From positions 148,366,001 to 148,430,000 of the forward strand of contig OZ024742.1 in NCBI GenBank assembly GCA_964016885.1: a DNA stretch of 64,000 bases. The letters are read 5' to 3'. The stretch comes from Eledone cirrhosa. Taxonomy: Eukaryota. The notes under the pieces were generated by a model. The model saw only the letters and a program-made list of their open reading frames with translations. It had not been told where the DNA came from and searched no databases. Positions 32,114 to 45,887 of the stretch are shown here, piece by piece; position 1 is the stretch's first letter; the number at the start of each line of letters is the position of its first letter. A program made the position numbers and the translations under genes.

Positions 32114-32539
32114 CATACTGCGAGACATGCCTATGATTAAGAAACATTAGATAGCTTCTATACAGAGAAGTTATACATAATTGATGCTTAGACATGTAGA
32201 AGTACACTATCTCATTATATTTATCGCTAGTATTAACTGGCTGTTAGAATCAATTACATATACGTCCATTGCACATCCTGTTACAATATAATTGATGAAA
32301 TGTTAACTGCTGATAATACTCTAAAGTAATTTACACATATGACGCCTACTACATAATTTAACACCTTTCTAAAGGGACATATATCTCTGTATGTAAACAT
32401 CTATTTTTACGACAGGTAAAACCTGCAATTCGAGGAAACTGATGAATACGGGAAGTGCTGCGTTGTCTGCTACAATGTAGAATAATTTTAAGAGGAGAGA
32501 TTGTGGAATAATGAATAAATTAAGATTCACAAATAATTA

Positions 32540-32632
32540 TTTCTACTATTGGTACAAGGCCAGCAATTTCCCAGTGCATTACTGGTACTTTATTTTATCG
32601 GCCCCGTAAGAATGAAAGGCAAAGTTAACCAC
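32540..32632 (-). mobile_element. SINE fragment (Nin/Deu-like)
   Basis: Reverse complement of the family core. Confidence 0.65.
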
Positions 32633-32755
32633 CTCTAGCTTTGAGATACCGTAATAATGAATTGTCTAGTGTCAGGAATTTTATTTTAAAAACAAATTTT
32701 ATTACCTGAATAATATTGTTGCAGTAGCTACGAAATTTAGATTCATACACACACT

Positions 32756-33070
32756 ACTGGCATTCCGTCGGTTACGACGACGAGTGTTCCAGTTAATACG
32801 ATCAACAGAACAGACTGCTCATGAAATTAACGTGCATGTGGCCGAGCATTCCACAGACACGCGTACACTTAACGTAGTTCTCAGGGAGATTTAGCGTGAC
32901 ACAGAAAGTGACAGGGCTGGCCCTTCGAATTACAGGTACGACACAATTTGCCAGCTGAGTGGACTGGAGCAACGCGAAATAACGTGCCTTGCTGAAGGAT
33001 ACAACGCGCCGCCAGGAATCGAACTCACGGCCTTAGGATCGTGAGCCGAATACTAACTACAAAGCCACAC
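32756..33070 (-). mobile_element. Second tRNA-derived SINE family (Meta/CORE-like body), near full length
   Basis: Minus strand has A-box-like GTGGCTTTGTAG and B-box GAGTTCGATTCC, then TTGTATCCTTCAGCAAGGCAC; partial homologs at 34050-34242 and 34640-34908. Confidence 0.75.
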
Positions 33071-33781
33071 ACATTAATGCATACACAAGTCACTACTAAA
33101 TTAAAATTTAGTGAATACAATTTTATTAGTTTCGAAATGTACAATAAGTAATTTGAGGAAAATAAAAATAAATTTTTAGAAATAAAAAAAAAATGCATTT
33201 TCAAAATGGCAGACATTTTTGGTAAATTTCGACAATTTTTGTAAGTGTCGTTAGTTTGAGTTTTCAGTGGTGCCGATGTATTGCCTGCCTACCAACCGAA
33301 CGAGCTTAACATCGTTTATAATTGCTTCAATCGATCAAAGCCATGTAAGATGAAACTGTAGAAGCTTATTGGAAGGACGGTTTCTGTTTTTATGCGTAGA
33401 CTTAATCGCTTGCCTACTTCATGGTCTGGCCTTTGGCTTTTTTTTTTATTGGATTCAATTTTATTGCAAGAATTCAGATATAAGTATTCGTGACGATAAC
33501 TTACTACTTTGTTATCAAAAGATTCTCAGGGATTTCAAAATGTGATAGGCAAATTCCCCCATCCTCCGATTAAGCCAATAAATTGAAAAGTAAACTTTAA
33601 AATCCCGGTATACTCTATATGTAAAAAAGCTCCGTATCGCAGTTGGTACAGCGGGGCGTTGTATGCAACAAGAAAGTTGTTTAACTGGCGAATGTTTCAT
33701 TTATATGCAGGTCTGAGGAGTATATCATCTACATGAATGTAAGAGACGGAACTCCTTCAGACTGGCTAATTGTAGATATAT

Positions 33782-33898
33782 TGAGTTCAAATCCCTACGA
33801 GGTTAACTTTGCCTTTCATCCTTACGGGGTCGATAAAATAAAGTACCAGTAATACACTGGGATAATTGCTGGCCTTGTGCCAAAAGTAGAAACAATTA
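33782..33898 (+). mobile_element. SINE copy (Nin/Deu-like)
   Basis: Family core. Confidence 0.7.
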
Positions 33899-35341
33899 TA
33901 TGAAAAGCATATTTTATACGATCCAACGTGTTAGCTGGAAATGCAAGAAATGGCTGCCAAATCTGTCTCAAATGACACCACATGGTCATTTAAAAAGGCA
34001 CATTAGAAATGTCCTGCATATGTTGGACCTCTGTCATTTTCGACGAGTACTGAATCAACAGAACTGCCTGCTCTTTAAATCAACGTGTAAGTGACAAAGC
34101 ATTCAATAGGTACATGGACCCATAACATAATTCTCAGGGAGATTCAGCGTAACGCTATGTGTGATAAGGCTGGCCTCTTGATTTACAGGTACAAATCATT
34201 TTTGAAAGCTTAGTGAATTGGAGCAATGTGAAATAAAGTGTCATATATGTACTGTCTCTAGAAAAAAGGAGAGAGGATTCTCACAGCTGCAACACTCTTT
34301 TAATGCTAGTCTGCTATATTTTGGATGACAATAACTAGAAAGGTTTTTTTTAAAAAGTTGTATCTATATGCTAATGGGCTATGTCTCAAACTTCCTTTGA
34401 TTTCAGAAAGCTAGAAACAGAGGAATAGATGACTTCAATAGATGAATCTGTACTAAGTGTATGATTGAGAGCTATTTAGGTGAGATTAGAATAACTAAAT
34501 GACTGTGACACTGACCAAATCGTTGACTTCAATTTATATTTAGTAACTGCCATTGTACTTTGTTCGTGGTTGAGATATTTAGCATACACTTCTCGAGTCC
34601 GCTTAGTTGTAAATGTGTACAACATGGAGGGAGGTTTTGTGTGATTAGGTTGAAGGTTAAAATCTATTCCATGCCTGGGGCTCATCAGACGGTGCTTATC
34701 CCGGCTTTATTGGTATTACACGACAGAGGGTACGAGACGCCACTCCTTTGCAGTGTTAACACCCAGCTAAGTGGACTGGAGCCACATCAAATTAAGTGTT
34801 TTGCTTAAGGACAATGATCTACGAGTTAAGGACAATGCTCTACCAGTTGTAATACCACGGGATTGCAATCGTTTATCCAACACCCTAACCACTAGGTCAC
34901 ACATCTTCACTATATGACAGCAGCACTGTATAAATACTATAGTAGCTTCTGGAGCTTAGTACAAATATTGATTTCTAACATAAGCACCAGGCCTCAAATT
35001 TGGTGGCTGTGTACAGTCGATTAGATTGATCCCAGTATTCATTTCGTACTTGGAAGGATGATATCAACGTAAAGAACTGTTAATAAATACAGAAAAGCAT
35101 TTGTTCGATGCTCTAGTAACCTATCGTCACCTCAAAGTATGTATTGATTTCTAAGTACATGGGCTCCCATTTGCTCATAAGAGAGAGAGATGGGGAGAGC
35201 GGGAGAGACGGAGGCAGTGACAATGGAAGTTTGGTTTCTTTGTGTTCGGACCTGGTGTATATATACACTTACACTGAGGCAGCACCGACCTGTCCACTAT
35301 TAAATGGTCAAAGTATCACCCCATCCCACCTCTACCACTAG

Positions 35342-35532
35342 ATTTAGAAACAAAGACAACGAATTTGTGGGAAGGGTAAAGTTGATTAAATCAACACCAG
35401 TACTTGACTGCTACTTTATTTTATTGACCTCGGAAGGATGAAAGGCAAGGTTGAGCTCCGCGGGATTTGAACTCCGAATGTAGAAAGTCATAAATAAATA
35501 CCACGAAGCATTATGTCTGACGTTCTACTGAT
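35342..35532 (-). mobile_element. SINE copy (Nin/Deu-like), full length
   Basis: Head GGCGGTGGATTGGCAG plus core. Confidence 0.7.
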
Positions 35533-35682
35533 ACTGCCAATCCACCGCCCTTCTCGGTGTCAACATAACCAAACAGTTCAATATATGTAAATATATTTTT
35601 TGCTGTAAAATAATGACATTGGCCGTTATAACACCAGTACTTTTGGCAAATTACATGACCAAACAGCAACACAAATTCTGGT

Positions 35683-35885
35683 TATCGGTGGAGCGTCGGA
35701 TAACATGCATTATTGCATAGAGTTACGGCCATGTACCATCTGAGTTGAAATCCTGCCGAGGTTATCTTTGCCTTTCATCCTTAGGGGGTCGATAAAATAA
35801 AGTACCAGTAATGTACTGGTTCGATTTAATCGATTTTCTCCTCCCCCAAAATTGATGACCTTGTGCCTAAATCAGAAACCAATAT
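35683..35885 (+). mobile_element. SINE copy (Nin/Deu-like)
   Basis: Family core and tail. Confidence 0.7.
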
Positions 35886-36054
35886 TTTTTTGTTCCATTT
35901 CAGGCTGCGAGCCAAGTTGTCACATGACTTATCACAGGAAGCAGAGCTGACTATAAGTTTTACAATACAGTGATGTGTTGCAGCGCCACTCGCGTAACTT
36001 ACCGAAAATATCTGCTGGCAAAACACCGATTTTACTGTTATGATAGAATAAGAC

Positions 36055-36277
36055 GGGGGCAGTGGATTGGCAGAATTAGTAGAGTGTCGGATAAAATGTC
36101 ATTACGGCATTTGTTCTGACTCTTTACATTCTGAGTTCAAATCCTGCTGAGGTCAACTTTGTCTTTCAACTTTTTGGAGTCGATTAAATTAAAGTACCAG
36201 TCAAGTACTGAGGTCGATTTAACCGACTTTTCACTCCTCCAAAATTGTAGGCCGTGTTTTTAAATTAGAAACCATTA
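36055..36277 (+). mobile_element. SINE copy (Nin/Deu-like), full length
   Basis: GGCAGTGGATTGGCAG head, GAGTTCAAATCC, core. Confidence 0.72.
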
Positions 36278-37024
36278 TAACAGGGTGATATATTAACAGG
36301 GTCGAAATTCGAAATTATTATCCAGTAATTTTCAACAACTTCGAGCAAAGAATTATTTTGTTGTTTCTCATTAACATTGACAATTAAACTCTTTTAATTT
36401 ATTTATTATTTTTGTGTTTTGTTTTAATTATTAGTTTCTCTGTGGTGAGGTCATGAACGAGTTTTGTTCTCAGAAATATTTCGTTTATTTTCATATAATT
36501 ATAGTTTTTCGCGTAGCTTCTGCTACGATAATTTATTCATGCTTCAGCTATTTTTTTTTTTTTTAACATTAAAAGTCAATAACGATTTTCTATGTTGTAA
36601 AATCAATAACTTTTGGCGTATGTTTTGATCACGAATTTGGCAATTTGGCATCATATACGTTTAAAAAGTTACGGCTTTAATTTTAGATGTTTAACAATGT
36701 TTTCAATCTCAGTTTCCTTTCTAGCTAGGAAGTAGGAAGTAATTTGATTTTAGATATTAAAGATGAATGTTAAATTTCGGTAGCTTTCTGTATAACAACA
36801 ATTTTTTCGATTTTTTTTCCAATTTATTCATTCACTTACGCACACAACGATTTTTTAGTTTGGTGGCACAACAAATTATCATTGACTTACAGAAAAAAGA
36901 AGTCACGTTTTATTAATCAAGGTGATGAAATACAAGTGAGTATCATAAGGTTTTCGAGACTTTCACCATTTAACTATATTACCCTTCTTGCCGGAATAGA
37001 CTATTGAAAGATATATTATATATA

Positions 37025-37354
37025 CAGTTGTCCCCCGGTGTTCGCGGGAGTTACGTTTCCAGAGCAGCCGCGAAGAGTGAAAAACCGCGAATATTGAACG
37101 TGCTCCATAAAAATGCCTCTGAACGTCAAAATATAATTTGCGAAGAACCGTCGAATAGACAGGCAGATACAGTATATTGTTATTAATAATTTAGTGTTTA
37201 AAATATATGTATTGCTACGAAAAACGCCATTTAAAAAGTCGTGGAAGATATTTACAATTCCGCGAATGTGCGGTGGTTTCCACGAACAATTATTAGTTAG
37301 ATTCTAAAGAAAATTCCGCTAATAACCGGGACCACGAATGCCGAGGGCACACTG
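37025..37354. mobile_element. Tigger/pogo-like MITE
   Basis: TA|CAGTTGTCCCCCGGTGTTCGCGG ... CCACGAATGCCGAGGGCACACTG imperfect TIRs. Confidence 0.7.
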
Positions 37355-37769
37355 CATACATATATACATGTACATATATATATATATATATATATATACA
37401 CAGTATATATATATATATATATATATACAGTATATATATGTATGTATATATGTATATACGTGTGTATATATGTGTGTCTGTGTGTGTCTGTGTATAGAAA
37501 CAAAGTTTAATAAGTAGAGAGATCTACTTCGTGACAAAATGACAACACCATCCAAAGAGGAATGTGTTATCAATAATTATGTGAAGTAAAAATATCTTAG
37601 GTAAAATCCATAGAGTAATTTCCAATAATTGCACTTATGCAACATAACAGAGCATGAAAATTGAATAATGAATAATGAACCAAGGGTATAGGTTGAGTTA
37701 AGTCATTCATTTAATACGTGCTTCAATAATAAAAAAAATAACACACACACACCTATACACACACGTGCG

Positions 37770-37800
<31 letters not shown>

Positions 37801-37805
37801 ACACG

Positions 37806-37859
<54 letters not shown>

Positions 37860-38095
37860 TATGTAGTCATCTATGTTGGAACGAATACATTTCAAATTTG
37901 AAAATTTTCCAATATTTCTGGATATTCACGCTTCTAGCTACGAGCTTAACATCTAAAAGACGGTAATGAGAAATGTGCGGTTCTATTTCTTGATTTCGCC
38001 TTTGTCCACTATTTTCCATCCCCATTTTCTCAACTATTATTCATAATGATCGACTACTATTATAGTTATTTATCTTTGGAAGACAAAATAAATAA

Positions 38096-38243
<148 letters not shown>

Positions 38244-38344
38244 ATATATATATATACATTTATTTATTTATAAAGTTATATATATATATATAACTTTGAT
38301 AACTTTGATAGGTTTCGGCCAGTATTGGCCCAGGCCATGTCTAA

Positions 38345-41300
38345 CTTAATAGCACCACCTGCGAAGTCTTACAAATCAGTGTTTGGGCACCATGGCCCAC
38401 TCGAGCAGAGAGTTATTGTTTATGGAGGCATATCCGGGTGTAGGAGGCTTATCCGGGATTTCTTGAAGGAATTTATCCAAAGACTTCTTGAACTTGATGG
38501 GGGTCTGTCTCTGCTTTGATGTGTCTTGGTGTAATGTTAAAGAGTGCAGGGCCAATTGAGGTGAAATAATTGCGCCGTATTGTTGTTATGTGATGCGAGT
38601 GGGATTTTTGTCGTGGGCGGATAGCACGGGCCCAAGCCTTGGGTGTACACTAAAGGTGATGCCAACATCATTTGGGCAAAGCTGATGGAATATTTTCCAC
38701 ATCCTACAGATAATGTAGCGCTCACGGCGACGTTGGAGAGAATAAAGTTTGAGCTTTTCTAATCGACTCCAATAGTCAAGGCCTGTCATGCCCTCTATCT
38801 TTTTTGTAATTGACCTTTGGGGTTCTTCAACTTTCATGATACTTTGTTTCGTGTGGGGTGACCACAGTGGACAACAGTATTCAAGGTGGCGTCGGGCAAA
38901 AGTGAAGAAGAGAAGGATAACAGTGTGGATATCTCTCGACTGGAAAGTTCTAAGAATCCAGGAACACATTCTGCAGGCCATATCAACTTTGCTGTTTATA
39001 TGAGTGGCCCAGCTTATGTTGTAGTCCACAATTACTCCCAGGTCTCTGATGTTATTGGATGCCACTAGAGTTTCACCCGAAGGAAGAGAGTATGGTAGTT
39101 TCAGGGCATCCTTTTTTCCAAAGTGGATTAATTCAAATTTATCCTCATTCAACAGCATATTATTCATCTCTTCCCATTGGCTAACAGCCAGTAGGTCTGA
39201 CTGAAGGCAAGTCCGGTCATTGATGACCTTTTGGAGCTTGGAATCATCTGCGAAGATTCTGATGTTGCTGTGCTTGATGATGTCAGTAATGTCATTAATG
39301 TAGATGATGAAAAGAAGTGGGCCCAACACTGCCTTGTGGGACGCCACTGCGGACTTTGGCAGGACTTGATTTTACTCCTTCGACTACAACATGCTGGGTT
39401 CTGTCTGTCAGGAAACATTTGATCCACTGTAGTAACCTTCCAGAGACACCAACATTGGATAGTTTTTCAGTAGAATCTTATGATCAACCCTGTCGAAGGC
39501 CTTGCTGAAATCAAGGTAGATGACATCAGTGTTGAAGCCATCTCCCAAGGCTCTCAAAGTATCGTCAAAGTGATGCAGGAGCTGCGTTAGACAGCCCCTT
39601 CCATTACTGAACCCATGTTGGTTGGAGTTCAGCAGGCCGTTGCTGAACTCCAAGAAAGTGGGTTATTCGTGATCTCACCACCCTCTCAAATACCTTGATA
39701 ATATGAGAGGTGAGTGAGATCGGACGGTAGTTCACTGCAAGGGACTTATTTCCCTTTTTGAAGACTGGGACAACGGACTGGGACAGAAAGTTTTCAGGAA
39801 TATAGCCAGTGTCCAGTGAGTTCCTCCGCAGATATTAGCAAGAGGAGATGCAAGTTGGTGTCGACACACCTTCAGGACACAAGCAGGGAACCTGTCAGGG
39901 CCTACTGCTCAATTGTGTTTAATTTCGTTTATTGCCGCTAAGACATCAGGGGCGCCAAACGTTAAGTCTGATATAGTGTGTTGGGGATTAACATCACTGA
40001 TACGGCCCAGACCGGCTATGTCAGGATTGCTGAAAACAGAGCAGTATTGTTTCTGCAGTATCTCGCCCATGGTTTTGGCATTGTCCTGGAGTGTGCCATT
40101 TTCATCAACTAGGGGGCCAACAGTAGAGACGGTGACCTTGTGTTTTTTAGCAAAAGAAAATAACACTTTGGGGTTGAGTTTGATTTTCTCAATGGCCCAC
40201 CTCTCTTCAGTTATTCTCTGGTTATTGATGATGGTCATCATGCATTGCTGGAGGTTATATCTTTTTGACTCAAGCAGGGTGATAGCCATTGAATGTGTGT
40301 GTTGTTGTTGGCAGTATTTTAGTGAATTTACTTTTTTGTTTGTTCTTTTTATTTTTCTGATAATTGTTTTTCTGTTTTGGGGGCTGCTGCACTTGGTTTT
40401 GTTCACAGGTTTTGGTGGGGTGTTTCGTACATATATTTGTGACAGTGTCTACAAAGATCTGCCAAGATGTTTTGATGTTGGTGGAAGTGTGTGCGTGTGT
40501 AAAAGACCAGTCGACATGTGATAGTTCGTTCATAATTGCATCCTAGTTGGTATTGTCGAGACCTATGTTATCAAATGGGTGGGCTGGAAAGAGGACCTTG
40601 GGATTAGCTTTCGGCTGGTGGAATCTCAGGTTACAAAGAACCATGTCATGGTCTGAGAGAAGGGTTTTTTCCACTATAATATTATGTATAGTGTTAGTGT
40701 GGTTACTAAACACTAGATCCAGAATGTTCTTCTGATGCCTCGTTGGTGCAAGGACAAGTTGGGATAAAAAAAACTCATTTATGAAGTCAAGAAGTGACTC
40801 GACAGCCTCTTTGTCAGTGGTTGAGGCTGTGGAGCCTGGTTTCAAACTACATGTAGACCAATCGACACAGGGTAGATTAAAGTTTCCGATCAAAAGTATA
40901 TTTCTAGAACAACGGCACTGTTTAATAAAGCATTTAATACTGTTGAGGCACTCTTTGAAGCAGATTATAGGTGTTTGTGATGACCTATAGAGCTCAACTA
41001 ATGTCAGGTCATTGGCTTTATTGTGCACAGTGACTGATTCACAGTATCCATTAGAGAATGTTGTGTTGCCATCTGCCGTAAAGGAATCATGCAGGAAAAT
41101 GGCAGTTCACCCTTCCTTCTGCCAACACGATCCGCACGGATGGTTGTGAAATTTCTCACTCTTACTTCGGCCTCCAAGTGGGAGTTGTCAAGGTGGGTCT
41201 CAGTAAGAATGAAGAAGGGGATGTGAGATGGATGGTTACCAACCCAATCCTCAATGAATTGGATCTTCCATTTCTGTGCATTGATGGATAGGCATACCTT

Positions 41301-41400
41301 GTGTATTGAGTAAGAATGTGGAGGCTAGTGTGGTGGCTGGTTTTGACTGTTGCAGGGGGCTTTTTTGTGATTGTGTGTTAGTGACAGCAAGGATGGTGTT
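38345..41400 (-). pseudogene. CR1 ORF2 (APE-RT), multiple frameshifts
   Basis: Colinear fragments 40543-41028, 40270-40533, 39909-40406, 39408-39653, 38586-39347. Confidence 0.85.
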
Positions 41401-41424
41401 GGGTGATGGCTAAAATGGTTTTCT

Positions 41425-42630
41425 CTATCTCTTTTTTTCAGGTTCATAGCTAAAAAAGAAAGATTTTTTTTTGTTCAGGGAGCAGTTTTTGATTGGATTT
41501 GTGGTTACAACATTGGATAGGGTTGCAGTTCCCTCTTTTGTTGTTGTTGTTGTATTAGTTGTAATTGTGTCTTTGTGAAAAGACTGGAGCAGCGTTATTT
41601 TTGTTGTTGTTGTATTTGTTGTTTTTGTAATCGTGTCTTTGTGAAAAGACTGGAGCAGCATTACTTTTGTTGTTGTAATCATGTCTTTGTGAGGAGACTG
41701 GAGCAGCATTGCCGCAGCAGGGGGTGGCTTTATTGTGGTTTGTGGGTTGGTATGGAGCCCCTTTTCTGTTCGTGCGTTGTGTCCCAGGAAGATGAGTGAA
41801 GGGACAGTCAATCAGCAGACATAGCTTCTCACGTTGGGAATGTTGGCAGATTTTGGGACTGCGAGCTATACGTGCGGGAAGCGTGCTTTGGTGTTGGCTG
41901 ACAGTGTTAGTGCGTCTAGTACCCGGTAAATGGGTAAATATACAGTCGCTACGTGCGCATAGCCTCTGACATAGTGAGTAGCGGCATATTTTGGGGTTTC
42001 TAGTATGTGTAGTGGGGGGTGCATACAGCTCCATAGATTTCTTTTTAAAGTTCTTTTGACTATAGCATGGTTGTGGTGGTGATGGGGGGGAGGGGGAGAA
42101 AGCGTTAGTGGTGATGATGATGATGACAACTGTAGTGGGAGAGAGAGCAATGGTCCATTACTAGAAGTTGATATGGCAGAAGATGGTGGCGGTGGTGATG
42201 ATGATGGCGATAATGATGGCTGTGTGAGTGGCTGAGTGATACTGTCATTCAGTAATTCAGCTATTATGCTTGAATTCAGTAGTGGTTGCTCTTGGTTTTC
42301 TGGCTGTTGTTGTTGTTGTGGCTATTGTTGTTGCTGTGGCTGTTGTTGCTGCTGTTGCTGTTGTTGTGTTTGTCCATTAGAGTAAATATGTCGAAGTTTT
42401 TCAAAATGGTTTTGAATTAGTTTGAAAGAGACTTCTACATGTTTTAGTTCCTTGTGTATCTGCTTAGTAGACCTCGTGGTAAATGTTTGAGCTGTTTTTT
42501 CAGCAATTTCATTCAGACATGACGCGTTAATGTTTATTGTTTGTGACAGAGAAAACCATGTGTTTATGAAGAGGTCATTTTCATTTTCAGACCAATTTCG
42601 TCCGTTGTGGGCTTGCTGGTCAGTAGTCAT
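41425..42630 (-). pseudogene. CR1 ORF1 remnant with Myb/SANT-like N-terminus, polyQ and two CCCH fingers
   Basis: WSENENDLFINTW..RSTKQI; two C-x8-C-x4-C-x3-H motifs (KICRYS.., KICQHS..). Confidence 0.65.
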
Positions 42631-43330
42631 TTTTTTTTTTTTTTTTTTTTTTACCCCTGTGTGCGTTTTAAGATATTTGATATTTGATATGTGAGTGAGA
42701 CTTTGGTTATTTGAAGAAATTAAAGAATCGTGTATATATATATATATATTCTCTCTTATGGATGTGAGTTTGGTTGTTTGAGGATGTTAATAGTTTTTGG
42801 TTATTTGGTTGTTTGAAGATATCCAAAGAAAAACGAGTGTATATAATATTATTTGAAAAAAAAACGGGTGTATATAATATTATTTGAAGAATTAAAGAAT
42901 CGTGTATATATATACATATATTCTCTCTTATGGATGTTAGTATGGTTGTTTGCGGATGTTAATAGATATTGGTTATTTGGTTGTTTGAAAATATCCAAGG
43001 AAAAACGAGTGTATATAATAATTTGTAGTTAAGAAGACTTACTTGCGAGTTTGTAGGGAAAGCCCGTGTATTTGTATATACTTTTTCCTTATGTGAGTGA
43101 GCCTTTGGTTATTTGAAGATATTAAAGTAGCGTATATATAGATATGTATTCTCTTTTATGGATGTGAGATTTAGTTATTTGGTTGTTTAAGGTTGTTAAA
43201 AGTTTTTGGTTAATTGGCTGTTTAAAGATATTAAAAGGAAAAAAGAGTGTATATAATAATCTGTAGTTAAGAAAACGTACTTACATGTTGGTAGGAAAAG
43301 CACGTGGTTACAAATATATATAAATATATA

Positions 43331-43644
43331 TAAAAATACGTATTTAAGAAAGCCACAACAATGCAAAGGGAAATCTCGAGGTAGGAAGTGAAATATAGAT
43401 AGGAAAAACAGGTGAAAGTGAAAGTTGAGAGAGACAAAGATGAAAACAAAACAAAGGTAGTTGATGGGCGTGAGCCCGAAATATTGGGATTAAATCTCTA
43501 CTACGGTAACCCTTCTACCTTTGTTTTGTTTTCATCTTTGTCTCTCTCAACTTTCACTTTCACCTGTTTTTCCTATCTATATTTCACTTCCTACCTCGAG
43601 ATTTCCCTTTGCATTGTTGTGGCTTTCTTAAATACGTATTTTTA
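43331..43644. repeat. Inverted repeat with 130-bp essentially perfect arms and a 54-bp spacer
   Basis: 43331-43460 is the reverse complement of 43515-43644. Confidence 0.92.
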
Positions 43645-43780
43645 CACATTTCACAATGCTTCAAGCAAACTTTAACACCCTCCATAAATATATATGTTCG
43701 GTCAAATAGGCTTTAAAGCTGTGTAGCTGGCTACTGACTTGGTAGAGAGCAATAGAAACACGTCTGTTCACTTCAACAGT

Positions 43781-43892
<112 letters not shown>

Positions 43893-44014
43893 GTACGTAT
43901 GGGTTTACCGAACATTTATTACAATGTTCGTTTTGTTTGTAAACAAACAGCCCGAATTACGCCGTACAGTGCTCGGCAACCATCGTCGCCCTTTTGTTCA
44001 ACACTGACACAGGA

Positions 44015-44057
44015 ACGATGTACTAGTTTCAAGCTTATTAGCTATCGTCAGCATCGT
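44015..44057 (-). ncRNA. Minimal type I hammerhead ribozyme
   Basis: Exact inverted copy of 44324-44366. Confidence 0.82.
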
Positions 44058-44323
44058 ATACCTTTCTGTCAGATGATTGAACGTTTGAAAGTATATATGT
44101 ATGCATATTAACGGCTGAGCAGCCTAATTTGCATATCGAGTGAGTTAGTCGGCCGGGCGTACCGAAAACGATAAATGGAAAAGAATGAAACGAAATTTCA
44201 TTTATCGTTTTCGGTACGCCCGGCCGACTAACTCACTCGATATGCAAATTAGGCTGCTCAGCCGTTAATATGCATAAGGAAAGTATATACTTTCAAACGT
44301 TCAATCATCTGACAGAAAGGTAT

Positions 44324-44366
44324 ACGATGCTGACGATAGCTAATAAGCTTGAAACTAGTACATCGT
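44324..44366 (+). ncRNA. Minimal type I hammerhead ribozyme
   Basis: ACGATG-CTGACGA-TAGCT AATA AGCTT-GAAA-CTAG-TA-CATCGT; GUA triplet; palindromic ACTAGT. Confidence 0.85.
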
Positions 44367-44550
44367 TCCTGTGTCAGTGTTGAACAAAAGGGCGACGATG
44401 GTTGCCTAAACACTGTACGGCGTAATTCGGGCTGTTTGTAATAAATGTTCGGTAAACCCATACGTACATATATATATATATGTGTGCATGTATGTATATA
44501 TATACATACTACTGTACGTCTGCACACATATATGTATGTATACATACATA

Positions 44551-44609
<59 letters not shown>

Positions 44610-44658
44610 TCAGAATATATATATATATATATAGTTTCAGATATATATATATATATAT

Positions 44659-44711
44659 AGTTTCAGAAGATCCCGTTAAGGGTGAAAGCAACGAGATTCT
44701 TTGCTTAAACT
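44659..44711 (+). ncRNA. Hammerhead-like motif with CAGAAGA core (third copy)
   Basis: AGTTT-CAGAAGA-TCCC GTTAA GGGT-GAAA-GCAA..TTGC-TT-AAACT. Confidence 0.62.
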
Positions 44712-44723
44712 TTAATCTGTTAT

Positions 44724-44770
<47 letters not shown>

Positions 44771-44881
44771 GAAGGCAGTGTGGTAAGGAACCAGGTGGAC
44801 CATAACGCACCAGAGTACTCGATACTCCAGAAATAGCCGTCGAAACGGTTTGAGCTCTGCTGTCGGGATCCTGAACTTTTT

Positions 44882-44929
<48 letters not shown>

Positions 44930-45147
44930 AGAACGGGCATTCGATTCATGAACATCGTGTTTGCCCATTCCCTTGTCACTTCAATTTTGGATTACTTCCT
45001 GATTTAAGCTTATTATGTAAGAAGCTGTCTGATAAGTTCATGGCATTGGGTACTACGTGGAATCACGTGGCCACTGTCGTCATCGAAATATGTATTACGG
45101 CCTTATCAGTAAAGGACATTAACATCTAAACTACTTTGTATTTCCTT

Positions 45148-45230
<83 letters not shown>

Positions 45231-45383
45231 GTATATATATATATATAAATCAACTAATACCTTAACACTTCACACAAAGTAAAACATTTCGTTTTAATCA
45301 TTTTCTAACACAGAAAAAAGAGAGAGAAACAAAAAAGGAAAAATATATTTTTTTCTTCCTAATAATCGTCTCTTTCTCCCTGT

Positions 45384-45447
<64 letters not shown>

Positions 45448-45851
45448 TACAGTGCTTGGAAGTGCTTTAGTAGCAAAATCGAAGGAAGTCGGAAATAAAT
45501 CAAACGAATGCTTGCAGTGGACAGTGTGTCTTGTTCTAATTACGTAAAGACTGTTAGATGCACTTACGGTTTGCGAATGCACACTCGCAACTCAAGACTG
45601 CACATCAGAAGGTGCATCAGAAACTGTGACCGCCAAGGTAAGAAATTCTTTTCCCTTTGATTGATATTCGTTGTTATTGTTGTTCGCTACTATATCTGGC
45701 ACACACCCGGTATATATATATTATTCAGAGTGTTTCCCACGAATATCTTAATGAGTTTACTCTGATGGGAGAAATAAATTCATTTCTCGCATAAATGAGG
45801 TAATTCAACTAGTGTTATTTAAATGTAACTACAGCATTGATGTAAAACTTG

Positions 45852-45887
<36 letters not shown>

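Larger units (their letters stand above)
38290..43320 (-). mobile_element. CR1-superfamily LINE, approximately full length, frameshifted
   Basis: RT (QHGF, YLDFSKAFDRVDH, LGPLLFIIYIND, FADD, HLEYCCPLWSP, LYSLQRRRER); APE (ILTETHL, GNFNLP, ILDLVF, SDH); upstream ORF1 pieces; (ATCAAAGTT)2 3' tail into (AT)n. Confidence 0.9.

Noticed and set aside
32990-33070. tRNA-like A/B boxes in SINE heads
   Set aside because: No complete cloverleaf; these are parts of dispersed SINEs, not tRNA genes
38300-38330. GGCC-AATACT-GGCC-GAAAC hairpin resembling half a hammerhead
   Set aside because: No CUGANGA-like core or stem I; better explained as the LINE 3' stem-loop
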